Source of the DNA: Tubiluchus corallicola | Taxonomy: Eukaryota; Animalia; Priapulida | DNA length: 64,000 nucleotides | Direction: 5' to 3' | Assembly: GCA_030141605.1 (NCBI GenBank) | Contig: JAQGDQ010000738.1 | Coordinates: 40,331 to 104,330, forward strand | Shown here: piece by piece, positions 48,263 to 64,000 of the stretch | Layout of the letters: each line of letters starts with the position of its first letter | How positions within the stretch are numbered: position 1 is the stretch's first letter | The notes under the pieces: generated by a model | What the model saw: only the letters and a program-made list of their open reading frames with translations | The model's database searches: none | What the model was told of the DNA's origin: nothing | Translations under genes and position numbers: made by a program

Positions 48263-49229
48263 CATCATAATTTTGTTCACAGTACTGTAGAATTTGGTAC
48301 AAAGGACTATAGAGATTAACCTCCTCATAAATGGCAAAAATTTCATTTCAAATTCAAAAGTTCTAGAAGTTTTATAGCGGTTTGATTACCATATTAAGAC
48401 CCGCCCCTTTTAGAATCTCGGCTGTCAAGGTTCAGTTTGAGAAAGACGATTTGTAAAGTCTCCACAAGTTAAACGAAAACTTTGTTTGACACAGATATTT
48501 TGACAATGTTTCTTTCTTGTGTATTTTAATAATCTAATTAAATTAATCGAACTGAATGTGACATACAAGACATCCACAGCATTGATGATTGTGTTGCCTC
48601 AAATGTGTATAGGCGGGAAAACGAATTTACATTATTAACACTGGAAGTTTTTACAAAATAATAAGTTGTGCATCGCGTATTTTGTATCCGTTTTGTACTT
48701 TCCTAATTATTTGTATATTATGTTTTTAATTTAGTTTTTAAATGTACGTGTTAGTTTGAGTGTGTAGGCATATGAGTGAAATTTTGCTTTTTGTCTAAAT
48801 TTATTACATACAAACAAATTTTAATGTAAAGTTCATAATGTAAATCATAACTACAAATAGTTAGTACTGCCATTCTGTCTTATTTATGTTATTATAAAAT
48901 AGAGTACAACAAAATGAAGAGGTTTCTGCCAACACTTTTGTTGGTAAAAATTACCATATTATCAAGAATCTAATTTTCTATGAATTATTTATTATAATAA
49001 ATACAAAAAGATTTTATGAAACTTTTATTTGCTGTCAAATATTAAACTTACCTTGTGAGCATTTTTTCTTCAATGCAAGAATGTATTGACTAGAAAGAAA
49101 TTAGGTATTAACATAAGACTTCAATGATTTAATGCTTACGTTACCAGCATATTTATGTACAACAGCGAAACATGGGATTTAAAAATTACTCAAGAAAAGC
49201 AGATTCACACATTTCATAGATGTCTTCCT

Positions 49230-49612
49230 ATTAGTTTTAAAGATAAGATACATAATCAAAAATGAAGATTTTTATACTAGAACAAAAGAAATTCCTTGGA
49301 GTTGAAAAGTCAAAATACGAAGATTAAGATGGCTAGGAAACATTTTAAGATTTCCAAGTGAAGCACTAGAAAGAATCGCCTTAAAGGAAGCCTTAAAATC
49401 TTGCTAAAAACCGTCTGGCAAACCAAAAACAATTTGGATTAATAAGATAAATAAAGATGTTCCACAACTTCAACCAAATCTATCTTTAGGAGTAGAAGAA
49501 CCTACACTGTTAGCTGCAGATAGAAGTGGGTGGAATACTTTAATAAATGTTGATACCTCAATGCCTACAAAAGGTAGAATGAGACCTTGAAGAAGAAAAA
49601 GAAGAAGAAGAA
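49230..49612 (+). mobile_element. decayed RTE-clade LINE 3' end
   Basis: RRLRWLGNILR...GKPKTIW...AADRSGW, followed by a (GAA)n tail. Confidence 0.7.
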
Positions 49613-49987
49613 TTGAGTAAATTCAAGCAAAAAAATCGCATTAACGTTTTTCTTTGACTGCTTTTGTGATAACTATTTGATATAGTATTATACTTTATAC
49701 GTTTTTAACCTTTTTAACGTTTAACAGTTTTGACGTTCTTTTAACGTGGTGCATTAATGCGATCTTTGACTACATTGACAGCAACAATGACGACAATAAC
49801 AAGCAACAATTATGGTAGCAGCCATTTTTAACAGTTTACATACAACGTGGAGAAAGCGTAACAGCACAACTTGCTTCTTTTACATAAAAAAGTAAAAAGT
49901 CAAAATTTAATTTACAAATAATCATAAATTCACAAATAACATCACATAATCAAATAACACAAGCATGAAAGTTTTCGCTTTTTTCTG

Positions 49988-63533
<13,546 letters not shown>

Positions 63534-64000
63534 CTATAGAAGAAACGGCAAGATTTTACATTAGAGTGATGGCAAGATTGTTTGCACGGCTTCACACTGA
63601 AGCACAAACCAATTCAGGGAGGAACGAAAACGTGTGTGAGCAAAGCCTTTTCACAGTTCCAACGATTGATGATGATCGCAAAAAGGACAAAGGCTAAGTG
63701 TATCAGACAAAGCATTTGTGTACACTTGACAACGCCTCGCAGCCCAAGCTATTGTAATAGTAACCATTTTAACAGCTAGATAGAACCTTACCTAGTTCAT
63801 TTTTCTGCTTCTCAAGCAAGATTCAGCTAGTAAATCACTCTACGCACAGACAACTGGACTTATTGAACTGATGTAGCAGACGGTTTTGTTTTACACAAAT
63901 GTTGACGTGCTGCTGTCGTACACTTATCTTTTAACCTACAATAACTGCGAGTGTGCACCGCGAAACTATACGTTATAATACTTTTGACTTGTTTAAAGCA

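Overview
AT-rich, intron- and repeat-rich eukaryotic (invertebrate-like) genomic DNA with one assembly gap (32971-33578). I reconstructed three spliced protein-coding genes by hand, each with GT/AG boundaries and fully consistent intron phases. (1) A 5'-partial + strand gene (9 exons, 2820-18795, ~1025 aa in window) encodes a disordered, basic protein. Its acidic C-terminus and SxxxRL motifs resemble ZC3H11A, and three duplicated exons each carry an RVxF-like KRxxITF motif. (2) A complete - strand CYP2-clan cytochrome P450 (7 coding exons, 40296-31330, 505 aa). (3) A 5'-partial - strand divergent TTLL4-like tubulin glutamylase (9 exons, 63533-49988). Between the P450 and TTLL4 lie a 5S rRNA-derived element (probable SINE3 or pseudogene) and a 5'-truncated Gypsy LTR retrotransposon with Gmr1-type inverted order (INT-RT-RNaseH). 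That element's catalytic YIDD motif is split by a 5'-truncated LINE. Also present: several TTAA-flanked Kolobok-type MITEs, a hAT MITE with an 8-bp TSD, a Tc1 relic, LINE 3' fragments and more than 15 mini/microsatellites, several seeded at transposon ends. Most long ORFs in the ORF track are tandem-repeat artefacts. No CRISPR array is present.
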